64,000 nucleotides of DNA from Parcubacteria bacterium C7867-004 (GTDB taxonomy: Bacteria; Patescibacteriota; Minisyncoccia; Phycocordibacterales; Phycocordibacteraceae), in assembly GCA_001189075.1 (NCBI GenBank), contig LFCN01000006.1, positions 588,866 through 652,865 of the forward strand, given 5' to 3'. The notes below the pieces were generated by a model. That model made no database searches. It saw only the letters and a list, made by a program, of their open reading frames with translations, and was not told the origin of the DNA. Made by a program: the position numbers and the translations under genes. How positions within the stretch are numbered: the stretch's first letter is position 1; every line of letters begins with the position of its first letter. Below are positions 54,813 through 64,000 of this stretch, piece by piece.

Positions 54813-57800
54813 CTACTGAACCGAGCTCTGTACGGTCTCTTCGGCAAGCGCAGCGCGCTCAACCTCGAGTGCACGCTGCTCAACCGCACGGCGAGCCTGC
54901 ATCTCGTCGATAGCATCGTGCTTCATGGAGCCCTTGAAGCCGGTACCAGCCGGGATGAGGCGACCGAGGATGACGTTCTCCTTGAGACCGCGGAGCGTAT
55001 CAACGGAACCCTTGAGGGATGCGTTGATGAGGATCTTCGTGGTCTGCTCGAAGGAAGCGGCCGAGAGGAACGAGCGGCGGGAAAGCGCCGACTCCTTGAT
55101 GCCGAGCACCATCTCGCGAGCCTTCGGCGCGATCTTCCCTTCCGACTCCATGAGCTTGTTCTCTTCCTCGAGCTCCCAGTGCTCGACCACGTCGCCCACT
55201 GACCAATCGGAATCTCCGGTGTCGGTGACCTTCGCGCGAGAGAACATCTGGCGGACGATAACCTCGAGGTGCTTGCGGGACACGGATGCACCCTGCAGCT
55301 CGTAGATCTTGCTCGTCTCCGCGATGATGTACTCCTGCACGAGTGCGCGGCCTGCGTTCTCGAAGAGCTCGTCGAGGTCGGCGGAACCATCAGAAAGGAG
55401 CTGGCCCTTCTTAACGACGTCGCCTTCCTTCACGAGCGCCTGGCGAGGATAGGTCAGGAGGTACTCGATGTTCGAGCCTTCCTTCTTCTTGCCCTTGCCC
55501 TTGGTCTTGTACTCAGCACCTGCTTCAGGGGTAACCACGACAACCTTGTCGCGACCCTCGTCGCGGACTTCGAGCACGAATCCTTCGGTCTTCGAGACGG
55601 CTGCCGAGTTCTTCGGCGAACGCTTCTCGAACACTTCCTCGATGCGAGGAAGACCGGATGTGATGTCTCCGCCGACGGAGGCGGTACCTCCAGCGTGGAA
55701 GGTACGCATCGTGAGCTGGGTTCCTGGCTCGCCGATAGCCTGTGCAGCGATGGTTCCCACTGCTTCTCCGAGATCAATCGGAAGCTGCGTCGTGAGGTCC
55801 ATTCCGTAGCAGGTAACGCAGATGCCGTAGCGGGTCTCGCAAGACATAGGCGAACGAACGGAGACGGTCGTAACCGCTTCATCCGCCGCGATGGTGAGCG
55901 AGTCTTCCGCGGTGACATAGCGACCCTTCTTGAGGCCGGCTGCGTCTGCAGCGAGAGTACGTCCGCGAACGGCTTCAGCGAAGTCGATCTTGATGCCGGA
56001 CGCTGAGATGCGGTTGATCGCGACGCCACGCTTCGTACCGCAATCAGCTTCCGTGATTATGGAGTCCTGGGCGGTGTCGAAGAGGCGGCGCGTGAGGTAT
56101 CCCGCGCGTGCGGTACCGAGCGCGGTGTCGGTGAGACCCTTACGCGCGCCGTGAGTGGACATGAAGTACTCAACCGGGTTGAGACCTTCGGTCATCGAGG
56201 ACACGATAGGCACCTCGATGGTCTCGCCAGCCGTGTTCTGGATGAGTCCCTTCATACCGGCCATCTGCGTGAGGTTTCCGATGGAACCGCGAGCGCCGGA
56301 GCGCACCATGTCATGGACGGAACCGGTCGGATCGAGCGCGTCTTCGACGAGCACCTCGACTTTCGTCTTTGCGCCGTGCCAGACCTCGATAACCATGCGG
56401 CGCTTCTCGTCAGCCGAGAGGAGACCGTCCTTGAAGTCGCCTTCGATCTTTCCGACCTTTGCGCGAGCTTCAGCGATGACTGCTCCCTTGCCTTCCGGCA
56501 CGGACACGTCGTCGAGCGACCACGAGACGCCGGACTTGGTGGCGTACTCGAAGCCGAAGCGCTTGACCTTGTTCACTATCCCTGGGATCGAGTCGATGCC
56601 GTACTTCACGATGCAGTCGCTCATGATGCCGGTGATGACCTTCTTCGAGATCGCGTCGTTCACGTACGGATAGTCCGCAGGAAGGACGGTGTTGAAGAGG
56701 AGGCGTCCGACGGTGGTCTCGAAGATGCCGTCGCCCATTGCTGAATACTTCGGCTTGCCGGCTACCGGAAGCACGTGGATCTTCGCCCTTAGATCTATAG
56801 CGCCGTACTCATGCGCGAGGATGGCTGCGTTCGGAGACTGGAAGTACGTGTCCTCACCCTTCGCGCCTGGCATGAGCTTGGTGAGCCAGTAGGTACCGAG
56901 CACGATGTCGAGCGGCTTCTGCGTCATGACGATCATCTCGCCGGATCCCGGCTTGAGGATGTTCTTGTTCGCAGACATGATGTTCGCCGCTTCCCACTGC
57001 GCCTCTTCGGAAAGGGGCACGTGGATGGCCATCTGGTCGCCGTCGAAGTCAGCGTTGAACGCCGGACACACGAGCGGGTGCAGCTGGATAGCGTCGCCCT
57101 CGATGAGGCGGGGGCGGAACGCCTGGATACCCTGGCGGTGGAGCGTCGGAGCGCGGTTGAGCAATACGTGCTTGCCCATAATCGCTTCTTCGAGGATCTC
57201 CCACACCTCAGCGACGCCGTCCTCGATGAGGCGACCCGCACCACGGATGTTGAAGGCGAGCTCGCGCTCGAGGAGTCCTGCGATAACGAACGGGCGGAAG
57301 AGCTCGAGCGCCATGTGCTTTGGAAGACCGCACTCGTCGAGCTCAAGGTCAGGACCGACGACGATCACCGAACGGCCGGAGTAGTCGACGCGCTTTCCGA
57401 GCAGGTTCTGGCGGAAGTAGCCCTGCTTACCCTTGAGGTAATCTGCGAGCGACTTGAGCGGACGGCGCTGTGCTGGGGTGAGCGCTCCTGCGGATGCTCC
57501 TCCCTTGCGGATGGAGTTATCGAGGAGTGCGTCTACTGCTTCCTGAAGGATGCGCTTCTCGTTGCGGAGGATAACCTCCGGTGCGTGGATATCGAGGAGC
57601 TTCTTCAAGCGGTTGTTGCGGTTGATGACGCGACGATAGAGGTCGTTCACGTCAGACGTTGCATGGCGGCCACCTTCGAGGGCTACCATCGGACGGAGTG
57701 CTGGCGGGATAACCGGGATCTTTGTGAGGAACATCCACTCAGGGCGGATATTCGCGGCGGTCATGCTCGTGATGAGCGAGATGCGCTTGGCAAGCTTCTC

Positions 57801-58577
57801 ACGCTCAGCGGCTGCAGCCTTAGGGTAGCGCTCTTCGAGCGTGTCCTTGAGCTTCACGAGATCGAGGTTCTTGAAGAGGTCGTAAATAGCCTCTGCACCG
57901 ATCTTGGCCTCGAACAGGGTTCCGTAACGGACTGAGAAGCGGTGGTACGCGACCTCGTCGAAGACGCGGCCGACAACCACGGAGTCGATCTCCTGCTTGG
58001 CGAGCGTCATGCGCTCCTTGAGCGCGTCGCGCTCCTTGTCGTCATTGATGCTCTTGTGCTTCGCCTTGTACTCAGCCTCGAGCTCCGAGAGGAGGCGCTT
58101 CTTCACGTCTTCTGCGACCTTGGTTACGATGTAGCCCGCGAAGTACACGACCTTCTCGAGATCGCCCGACGGGATGCCGAGGATAAGCGCCATGCGGCTC
58201 GGCATGGAGCGGAGGAACCAGATGTGCGCTACCGGAGTAACGAGCTCGATGTGGCCCATGCGCTCACGACGGACGATGGAGCGAGTGATCTCGACACCAC
58301 ACTTGTCGCAGATGATCCCCTTATAGCGGATACCCTTGTACTTGCCGCAGTAACACTCGTAGTCGCGCTCAGGACCGAAGATCTTCTCGTCGAAGAGTCC
58401 GTGCTTTTCAGAGCGCTGGGTGCGGTAGTTGATGGTCTCCGGCTTGGTGATCTCGCCGCGGGACCAAGAGAGAATGCGCTCAGGCGACGCGAGCGAAAGA
58501 CGCAGTGCGTCCCACTCGTTCGCGCGAGGCATCGGCGGTCGCTTTCCTGAATTCGAGCCCATAGAGAAATTAGCCAT
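54813..58577 (-). CDS. rpoC: RNA polymerase beta' subunit
   Basis: KPETINYRT, CYCGKYK zinc finger, NADFDGDQM, GEPGTQLTMRTFH. Confidence 0.99.
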   Translation of the reverse strand: MANFSMGSNSGKRPPMPRANEWDALRLSLASPERILSWSRGEITKPETINYRTQRSEKHGLFDEKIFGPERDYECYCGKYKGIRYKGIICDKCGVEITRSIVRRERMGHIELVTPVAHIWFLRSMPSRMALILGIPSGDLEKVVYFAGYIVTKVAEDVKKRLLSELEAEYKAKHKSINDDKERDALKERMTLAKQEIDSVVVGRVFDEVAYHRFSVRYGTLFEAKIGAEAIYDLFKNLDLVKLKDTLEERYPKAAAAEREKLAKRISLITSMTAANIRPEWMFLTKIPVIPPALRPMVALEGGRHATSDVNDLYRRVINRNNRLKKLLDIHAPEVILRNEKRILQEAVDALLDNSIRKGGASAGALTPAQRRPLKSLADYLKGKQGYFRQNLLGKRVDYSGRSVIVVGPDLELDECGLPKHMALELFRPFVIAGLLERELAFNIRGAGRLIEDGVAEVWEILEEAIMGKHVLLNRAPTLHRQGIQAFRPRLIEGDAIQLHPLVCPAFNADFDGDQMAIHVPLSEEAQWEAANIMSANKNILKPGSGEMIVMTQKPLDIVLGTYWLTKLMPGAKGEDTYFQSPNAAILAHEYGAIDLRAKIHVLPVAGKPKYSAMGDGIFETTVGRLLFNTVLPADYPYVNDAISKKVITGIMSDCIVKYGIDSIPGIVNKVKRFGFEYATKSGVSWSLDDVSVPEGKGAVIAEARAKVGKIEGDFKDGLLSADEKRRMVIEVWHGAKTKVEVLVEDALDPTGSVHDMVRSGARGSIGNLTQMAGMKGLIQNTAGETIEVPIVSSMTEGLNPVEYFMSTHGARKGLTDTALGTARAGYLTRRLFDTAQDSIITEADCGTKRGVAINRISASGIKIDFAEAVRGRTLAADAAGLKKGRYVTAEDSLTIAADEAVTTVSVRSPMSCETRYGICVTCYGMDLTTQLPIDLGEAVGTIAAQAIGEPGTQLTMRTFHAGGTASVGGDITSGLPRIEEVFEKRSPKNSAAVSKTEGFVLEVRDEGRDKVVVVTPEAGAEYKTKGKGKKKEGSNIEYLLTYPRQALVKEGDVVKKGQLLSDGSADLDELFENAGRALVQEYIIAETSKIYELQGASVSRKHLEVIVRQMFSRAKVTDTGDSDWSVGDVVEHWELEEENKLMESEGKIAPKAREMVLGIKESALSRRSFLSAASFEQTTKILINASLKGSVDTLRGLKENVILGRLIPAGTGFKGSMKHDAIDEMQARRAVEQRALEVERAALAEETVQSSVQ

Positions 58578-58587
58578 ATATCAGGAG

Positions 58588-61500
58588 TTACGCGGACGCG
58601 TCGGTGTAGCCCTCCATCGGTTCGATGTCGAGCGCGAGACCGCGGATCTGGTTAGTAAGGACAGCGAAGGATGCCGGAGTGCCTGAGTGACTTACCGGCT
58701 CGCCCTTCACGATCGCATCGAAGGTCGCGGAGCGGCCCTGGATATCGTCGGACTTAATCGTGAGCATCTCCCGGAGCGTGTATGCCGCGCCGTAACCCAA
58801 GAGTGCCCACACTTCCATCTCGCCGAAGCGCTGACCGCCGTTCTGCGCCTTTCCGCCGAGCGGCTGCTGGGTGATGAGGCTGTACGGACCAATGGAGCGC
58901 ATGTGGATCTTGTCCTCCACCATGTGATGGAGTTTGAGAACATACATATATCCGACGGATACCGGCTGCGCGAACGCTTCTCCGGAACGTCCGTCGAAGA
59001 GCTGCATCTTTCCGGACGCGTCGAAGCCTGCCTTGACGAGTTCCTCGCGGATCTCGGCATGGGTCGCTCCTGCGAACGGAGGCACGATTGCCTGGTAATC
59101 AAGAGTGTGTGCGGCGAGTCCGAGGTGAAGCTCGAGAATCTGTCCCAGGTTCATACGGGACGGGACGCCGAGCGGAGTGAGGATGATGTCGACCGGATTG
59201 CCGTCCTTGTCGTATGGCATGTCCTCAACCGGAAGCACGCGGGAGATAACTCCCTTGTTTCCGTGGCGACCGGCGAGCTTGTCTCCGACCGATACGTTAC
59301 GAACCTGCGCTACGGTTACGACGATCTTCTTAATGATGCCGCTCTCGAGCTGGTCGCCGCGCTCGCGGGAGAAGATCTTCACGCCGATGACACGGCCGCG
59401 CTTTCCGCCGTCCATGCGCAAGCTCGTATCCTTCACGTCCTTGGCCTTGTCGCCGAAGATCGAACGAAGGAGACGCTCCTCAGGCGTGAGCTGGGTCTCG
59501 CCCTTTGGCGTTACTTTTCCGACGAGGATGTCGCCCGGACGCACTTCAGCGCCGATGCGGACGATTCCCTCTTCGTCGAGGTTCTTCAATCGAAGTTCAC
59601 CGACGTTTGGAATATCGTGGGTCGTAACCTCGGCACCAAGCTTGGTGTCGCGGACTGCGGCCTCGAACTCCTCGATGTGCACCGTGGTGAACTTCGATTC
59701 CTCAACGAGGCGCTCCGAGACGATGATGGCGTCCTCGTAGTTAGCACCATTCCAGCTCATGAAGGCGACGCGGACGTTCTGTCCGAGTGCCATCTGGCCC
59801 TGGTCCGACGAGGATGCGTCAGCGAGGACATCGCCCTTCTTAACCTTGTCGCCGGTTGCGACGATAGGGCGCTGACTGAATGCCGAGTTCTGGTTGGTCT
59901 GAGTGAGGCCCTGGAGCTTGTACTCATGATCCTTTCCTGTAGTCGGGGTAACCACGATGCGGCGCGCGTCAGCGTACGACACGACACCTGATTCCTGAGC
60001 CAGAATGAGACGTCCGGTGTTGCGGGCTGCATGGCCCTCGATACCGGTAGCAACCAGTGGAGCCTCAGGGATCAAGACCGGGGTCGCCTGCTTCTGCATG
60101 TTCGAGCCCATGAGCGCACGGTTCGCGTCGTCGTGATCAACGAACGGAATCATCGCGGTAGCAGCCGAAAACATCTGATAGGTGGATGCGTCGATGTACT
60201 GGATCTCCTCGCGAGTAACGACGGCCGGCTCGCCACCACGGCGAGCTTCAATAGAGTCAGGAACGATGCGCAGCTTCTCGTCGACAGGGGTCGCGCCGTG
60301 GGCGATGACATAGTCCTCCTCTTCAAGTGCGTTGAGGTACTCGACCTCTTCGGTAACGACGCCGTTTTTGACAACTGCGTACGGAGTCTCGATTACGCCG
60401 AACTCGTTCGTGCGCGCGTGAAGCGCGAGACGAAGGATGAGTCCGATGTTCTGTCCTTCAGGAGTGTGGATCGGACAAAGGCGTCCGTAGTGCGAAGGGT
60501 GCACGTCGCGGACCTCGAAGCCGGCACGCTCGCGGGTAAGACCTCCGGGACCAAGAGCGGATAGGGTGCGCATGTTCTCGAGCTCAGCAAGGATGTTCTG
60601 CTGGTCCATGAACTGCGAGAGCTGGTTTGCAGTGAAGAACTCGCGGACCGAAGCTGAAAGCGGGCGCGGGTTCACGAAGGCCATTGGAAGCGAGGTCTCG
60701 CTCTCAATCGTCGACATGCGGTCCTGGATGTTGCGCTTCATGCGGGACATACCGACGCGCATGCGGGCCTGGAGGAGCTCGCCAACGAAACGGACACGGC
60801 GGAAGCCGAGGTGATCGATATCGTCCGGAACCGCGTTTGCGTCCTGGTTCATGCGAGCGATCTCTCCGACGATGCGGATGAGGTCCTCAAGCGATAGTGC
60901 GCGGTTCTCGAGCGACTTCTTGTCAGTTGGGAGGCCGAAGCGGGCGTTCAAGCGGTGACGGCCGACCTTGGAAAGGTCGTAGCGGTCAGCGGCGAAGAGC
61001 GCGTTCACGTACTGCTTCGCGTTCTCCGGGGTCGCGAGATCACCGTCGCGCATGCGGCGGTGGATCTCGACGTATGCGTCCTCGATGGAAGCGGCGGTGT
61101 CGTGCGCGAGAGTGGTGGTGAGTGCGGCAGTCGCGATGTCGTCGCCCTTGAACTTCGCGAGGACTTCGTCGCGGGTACCTGCACCGAACACGGTGAGGAG
61201 GTTCGTTACCGGGAACTTGCGCTTGCGGTCGATCTTAACGTAAATAGCGCCGTCGGAATCGGACTCGATCTCGATCCATACGCCGCGTGCAGGGATGAGC
61301 TTCGCACCGAACCACTGCTTACCCTTTACCTCATCAGACACGAAGAACGCGCCGAAGGAGCGGGCGAGCTGCGGCACGATAGCGCGCTCGACGCCGGATA
61401 CGATGAAGCTGCCGTGCGGCGTCATCATCGGAATATCGGTGAGGAAGATCTCCTGCGTCTTCTCGCTGCCGAAGGTCTTATTAACGAGAGTAACGGACGC

Positions 61501-61767
61501 CTTGATAGGTGCCTCGTAGGTGCGCATGTTCTCACGCGCCTCCTCTTCGGTTCCCTTCGGTTCCCCTATCTCGAACCCGTCGAAGCGGAGCTCGAACTTC
61601 TTGCCGGAATAATCCTGGATCGGCGAGAACTCCTTGAAGAGCTCCTTGAGCCCGTCGGCAAGGAGCCAGTTGAACGATTCCCGCTGGTGGCCTACCAGGT
61701 CCGGGAACTCGACGCGCGGAGCGCGGTACGCGCCGAAGGTCTTTGGCACGAGCTTTTTCTGCTGCAT
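58588..61767 (-). CDS. rpoB: RNA polymerase beta subunit (compact)
   Basis: RDVHPSHYGRLCP, GDKLAGRHGNKG, GGQRFGEMEVW; start placed at MQQKK. Confidence 0.98.
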   Translation of the reverse strand: MQQKKLVPKTFGAYRAPRVEFPDLVGHQRESFNWLLADGLKELFKEFSPIQDYSGKKFELRFDGFEIGEPKGTEEEARENMRTYEAPIKASVTLVNKTFGSEKTQEIFLTDIPMMTPHGSFIVSGVERAIVPQLARSFGAFFVSDEVKGKQWFGAKLIPARGVWIEIESDSDGAIYVKIDRKRKFPVTNLLTVFGAGTRDEVLAKFKGDDIATAALTTTLAHDTAASIEDAYVEIHRRMRDGDLATPENAKQYVNALFAADRYDLSKVGRHRLNARFGLPTDKKSLENRALSLEDLIRIVGEIARMNQDANAVPDDIDHLGFRRVRFVGELLQARMRVGMSRMKRNIQDRMSTIESETSLPMAFVNPRPLSASVREFFTANQLSQFMDQQNILAELENMRTLSALGPGGLTRERAGFEVRDVHPSHYGRLCPIHTPEGQNIGLILRLALHARTNEFGVIETPYAVVKNGVVTEEVEYLNALEEEDYVIAHGATPVDEKLRIVPDSIEARRGGEPAVVTREEIQYIDASTYQMFSAATAMIPFVDHDDANRALMGSNMQKQATPVLIPEAPLVATGIEGHAARNTGRLILAQESGVVSYADARRIVVTPTTGKDHEYKLQGLTQTNQNSAFSQRPIVATGDKVKKGDVLADASSSDQGQMALGQNVRVAFMSWNGANYEDAIIVSERLVEESKFTTVHIEEFEAAVRDTKLGAEVTTHDIPNVGELRLKNLDEEGIVRIGAEVRPGDILVGKVTPKGETQLTPEERLLRSIFGDKAKDVKDTSLRMDGGKRGRVIGVKIFSRERGDQLESGIIKKIVVTVAQVRNVSVGDKLAGRHGNKGVISRVLPVEDMPYDKDGNPVDIILTPLGVPSRMNLGQILELHLGLAAHTLDYQAIVPPFAGATHAEIREELVKAGFDASGKMQLFDGRSGEAFAQPVSVGYMYVLKLHHMVEDKIHMRSIGPYSLITQQPLGGKAQNGGQRFGEMEVWALLGYGAAYTLREMLTIKSDDIQGRSATFDAIVKGEPVSHSGTPASFAVLTNQIRGLALDIEPMEGYTDASA

Positions 61768-61774
61768 GTCAGTC

Positions 61775-61947
61775 TGTATGTTACTGCCCCCATATACGGG
61801 AAAGGGGCTCATGTACGCCATGAGCCGCGTCCTCGTTCCTGGAAGACGCTTTTTTAAAATCGCACCTGTGTTCTACCCCGCACCCGAGTATCAGCCGTTA
61901 CTCAATCTCGTTCCCTAAATATACCGTGAAGGCTTGGGCGGGGTCAA
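61775..61947 (-). promoter_or_regulatory. rpoB promoter and structured leader
   Basis: TTGACC-18-TATATT; hairpins GCGTCTTC/GAGGACGC and GGCTCATG/CATGAGCC; no SD. Confidence 0.6.
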
Positions 61948-62004
61948 GGGAGGAACGGGATAAAGAAAAGGCCCGCCGTCCGGTTAAGGAGGCGGGCCCG
62001 AGGA

Positions 62005-62634
62005 TTAGCCTTGAAGGCGATCCGGGAAGTCCGGGAAAGGCGGCTTGGACTTATGATCGTCTGCGTCGAGATGGTACAGCGGGCTAGCCCCGGTAGTGGC
62101 AGGCCTTGGGGCCAGCTTCATCGGGCCCCGCTGTCCGAATCCGTCGCGATTGAGGAAGGCGGTAGTCGCGATCCATGCAAACGCGACACCAGCGGCATCG
62201 AGCATATAGCTCACCAGCCGCCAGCCCTCGGTATCCAACCTGATGCTCCATGCGCAAGCCATGATGGCAAGTACAAGTGGCACTGGAGCGAACTCGAAGG
62301 GCCGATGGTTCGGCTCGTGCATGATCTGCCGGATGCCGAACACGATGAGCGCGAGCAGGACGAGCGCGGCGAGCGGTGCGTACCAGACCGGAACCGACGC
62401 CACAGCGGCGAGCAGGACCATCATGGAGAAGCCGGCCAGGTCCTCCCGACGCTTGCGGCACGCGACCGCAAAGAAGCCGACATTGAAGCAGACCGCGGCG
62501 AAGCCGAGGGTCGCCGAACCGAGCTCGAGGTTCTTGGACGAGCCGGCGCTGTTCATGTAGAACAGGATCATCTGTACCATGAGCGGCACGATGCTCGCGA
62601 TAACCAGGTAGTTAACCAAGCGTTTGGACGACAT
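62005..62634 (-). CDS. orphan multi-TM membrane protein (SD-led cassette)
   Basis: About six hydrophobic segments; GAGGGA SD; terminator 61963-62000. Confidence 0.8.
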   Translation of the reverse strand: MSSKRLVNYLVIASIVPLMVQMILFYMNSAGSSKNLELGSATLGFAAVCFNVGFFAVACRKRREDLAGFSMMVLLAAVASVPVWYAPLAALVLLALIVFGIRQIMHEPNHRPFEFAPVPLVLAIMACAWSIRLDTEGWRLVSYMLDAAGVAFAWIATTAFLNRDGFGQRGPMKLAPRPATTGASPLYHLDADDHKSKPPFPDFPDRLQG

Positions 62635-62801
62635 GTTCTATTCCCTCAAAGAAGCAAGACTTCGCTGCCGAGTTCGGCAGGCTCGATAAAACTATAACAC
62701 TATATATCTAAATAAGCAATATCTACTTCCCCTCCATTCCCAAATGAAAAGGGCCCGCACAGGAAGTGGCGGGCCCTTGATTGTTGCTTGGCGCGGGTGT
62801 T

Positions 62802-63035
62802 CTACCCGGCCAAGCGGCGGCCGATGATCCGGATGCCTGGCAGGCGGATCTCGCTGGTCGAGCCGCGGGGGGTCGGCTTGATTGCCGCGGCGGGTTCCGG
62901 CGAAGGACCCATCATTTCCTTGACGGTCTTGAGGTCGGTCTTATAGACCGGGCCCCTCTTCCGACGGTAGTGCTTGTAGACGACCATTGCCAGGACCACC
63001 GCCCCGGACAGCAGCGCAATAATCAAGTTCGACAT
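62802..63035 (-). CDS. small single-TM orphan protein (SD-led cassette)
   Basis: TTGACA-17-TACGAT (63118-63146); GGGAGG SD; terminator 62746-62779. Confidence 0.75.
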   Translation of the reverse strand: MSNLIIALLSGAVVLAMVVYKHYRRKRGPVYKTDLKTVKEMMGPSPEPAAAIKPTPRGSTSEIRLPGIRIIGRRLAG

Positions 63036-63162
63036 GACAGACGCCTCCCAACAGCGTTGTGCCCCTATGAAAAGGAGACCGGAATGGCACGAGATCCGGG
63101 TCCAGACATTCACTAAAATCGTACGCCTTTAGGGCGATATTGTCAAGGTATAAAAATGTGGT

Positions 63163-63834
63163 CTATTTTGAGATCTGCTTCTTTGCTTTCTTCGACCGGA
63201 ACGCATCAATCTTCTTATGGTCACCGGTCTGAAGCACTTTCGGGACGCGATACGACTTCCCCTCCCACTCGATGCTCTCAGGACGCGTGTATACGTCGGG
63301 AGCAGCGATACGGCGTTCCTCTACTGATTCGTCTTTGCCGAGTACGCCCGGAAGCCTGCGTGTTATGGCGTCCACCATCGCGAGCGCCGGGACCTCCCCA
63401 CCGGTGTAGACCGCTTCGCCAACGGCAAACGTCTTCACGGGCGCCATGGTCTTCAGAATCTTGAGCGCGCGCTCGTCGATGCCTTCATAGCGGCCGCAGA
63501 CGAACACGACCTCGTCGAGCTTCCCGAGCGCGTCAGCGTCCTTGTTCGTGAACTGCTTGCCTGACGGACTGAACCAGATGATCGCTTTCTTCCCGGTCCG
63601 GCGTCCGAGCGACTTCTTCACTGCCTTCACTACCGGCAGCGCCGTCATAACCATGCCGGGACCTCCGCCATACGGACGCTCGTCCACCTTACCCCAGCGG
63701 TTCGTGACATAGGTGCGCGGGGACTGATACTCCACTTTTACCTTCTTGTTCTCGCGGGCGCGTCCCAATATCGATGCGCTCAGGTACGCATCACAGGCTT
63801 CCGGAAAAAGAGTTATGAGATGGAATCGAATCAT
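63163..63834 (-). CDS. trmD: tRNA (guanine-N1)-methyltransferase
   Basis: ITLFPE, DERPYGGGPGMVM, CGRYEGIDER, TGGE, YTRP. Confidence 0.96.
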   Translation of the reverse strand: MIRFHLITLFPEACDAYLSASILGRARENKKVKVEYQSPRTYVTNRWGKVDERPYGGGPGMVMTALPVVKAVKKSLGRRTGKKAIIWFSPSGKQFTNKDADALGKLDEVVFVCGRYEGIDERALKILKTMAPVKTFAVGEAVYTGGEVPALAMVDAITRRLPGVLGKDESVEERRIAAPDVYTRPESIEWEGKSYRVPKVLQTGDHKKIDAFRSKKAKKQISK

Positions 63835-64000
63835 GTCTCTAGAGAGTGTAGAGGACCTTGAAATTGCCCCTGAAGAACGGGTGCGTAGGGTCCCCCTCAC
63901 CAAGTTCGCCAAGTCGAATAGCCGCTCCGGCACTCGTGCTAAAAACTCCAACCTCGTCGCCTGCTCCACCGAACCAACACTGCGCAGCTGCTACTTCACC

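Noticed and set aside
5149-61857. Many long antisense ORFs (e.g. 5149-6339, 8645-9751, 21024-22613, 47667-48896, 50448-51884, 58687-59991)
   Set aside because: Shadows of real genes with GC-rich third positions on the opposite strand; no motifs or start signals
1-64000. Stop-codon reassignment (code 25)
   Set aside because: TGA ends several intact genes, and conserved genes have no in-frame TGA

Overview
Bacterial chromosome segment in genetic code 11. Gene content and orphan families point to Patescibacteria/CPR, probably Parcubacteria; this is inferred from the compact RpoB, the CPR-type PemK and SET proteins, and the absence of biosynthetic operons. Housekeeping genes: trmD, rpoB-rpoC, dnaG-rpoD, hisS, prmC, nrdA/nrdB, a UvrD-nuclease fusion, an ABC-2 exporter, an OmpR/histidine kinase pair, a MASE1 hybrid kinase and cell-wall enzymes (VanY-like, GH18, 3D). 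A TcB/SpvB-FG-GAP toxin-like gene runs off the left edge. I saw no rRNA, tRNA, CRISPR array, transposase or integrase. Four signals stand out. (1) Two translation formats: native genes are leaderless or lack a Shine-Dalgarno (SD) site, while about 17 scattered, mostly monocistronic orphan genes carry an SD, usually a 5' hairpin, and their own terminator. Two of them are alphaproteobacterial-type PEPxxWA-CTERM proteins. (2) Two antitoxin-less PemK/MazF genes, each followed by a convergent promoter and a conserved, covarying small RNA motif. (3) Several ORF-free structured RNA candidates. (4) A recurring 11-bp-period direct repeat that may define the response regulator's regulon. All calls were made by eye, without database searches.
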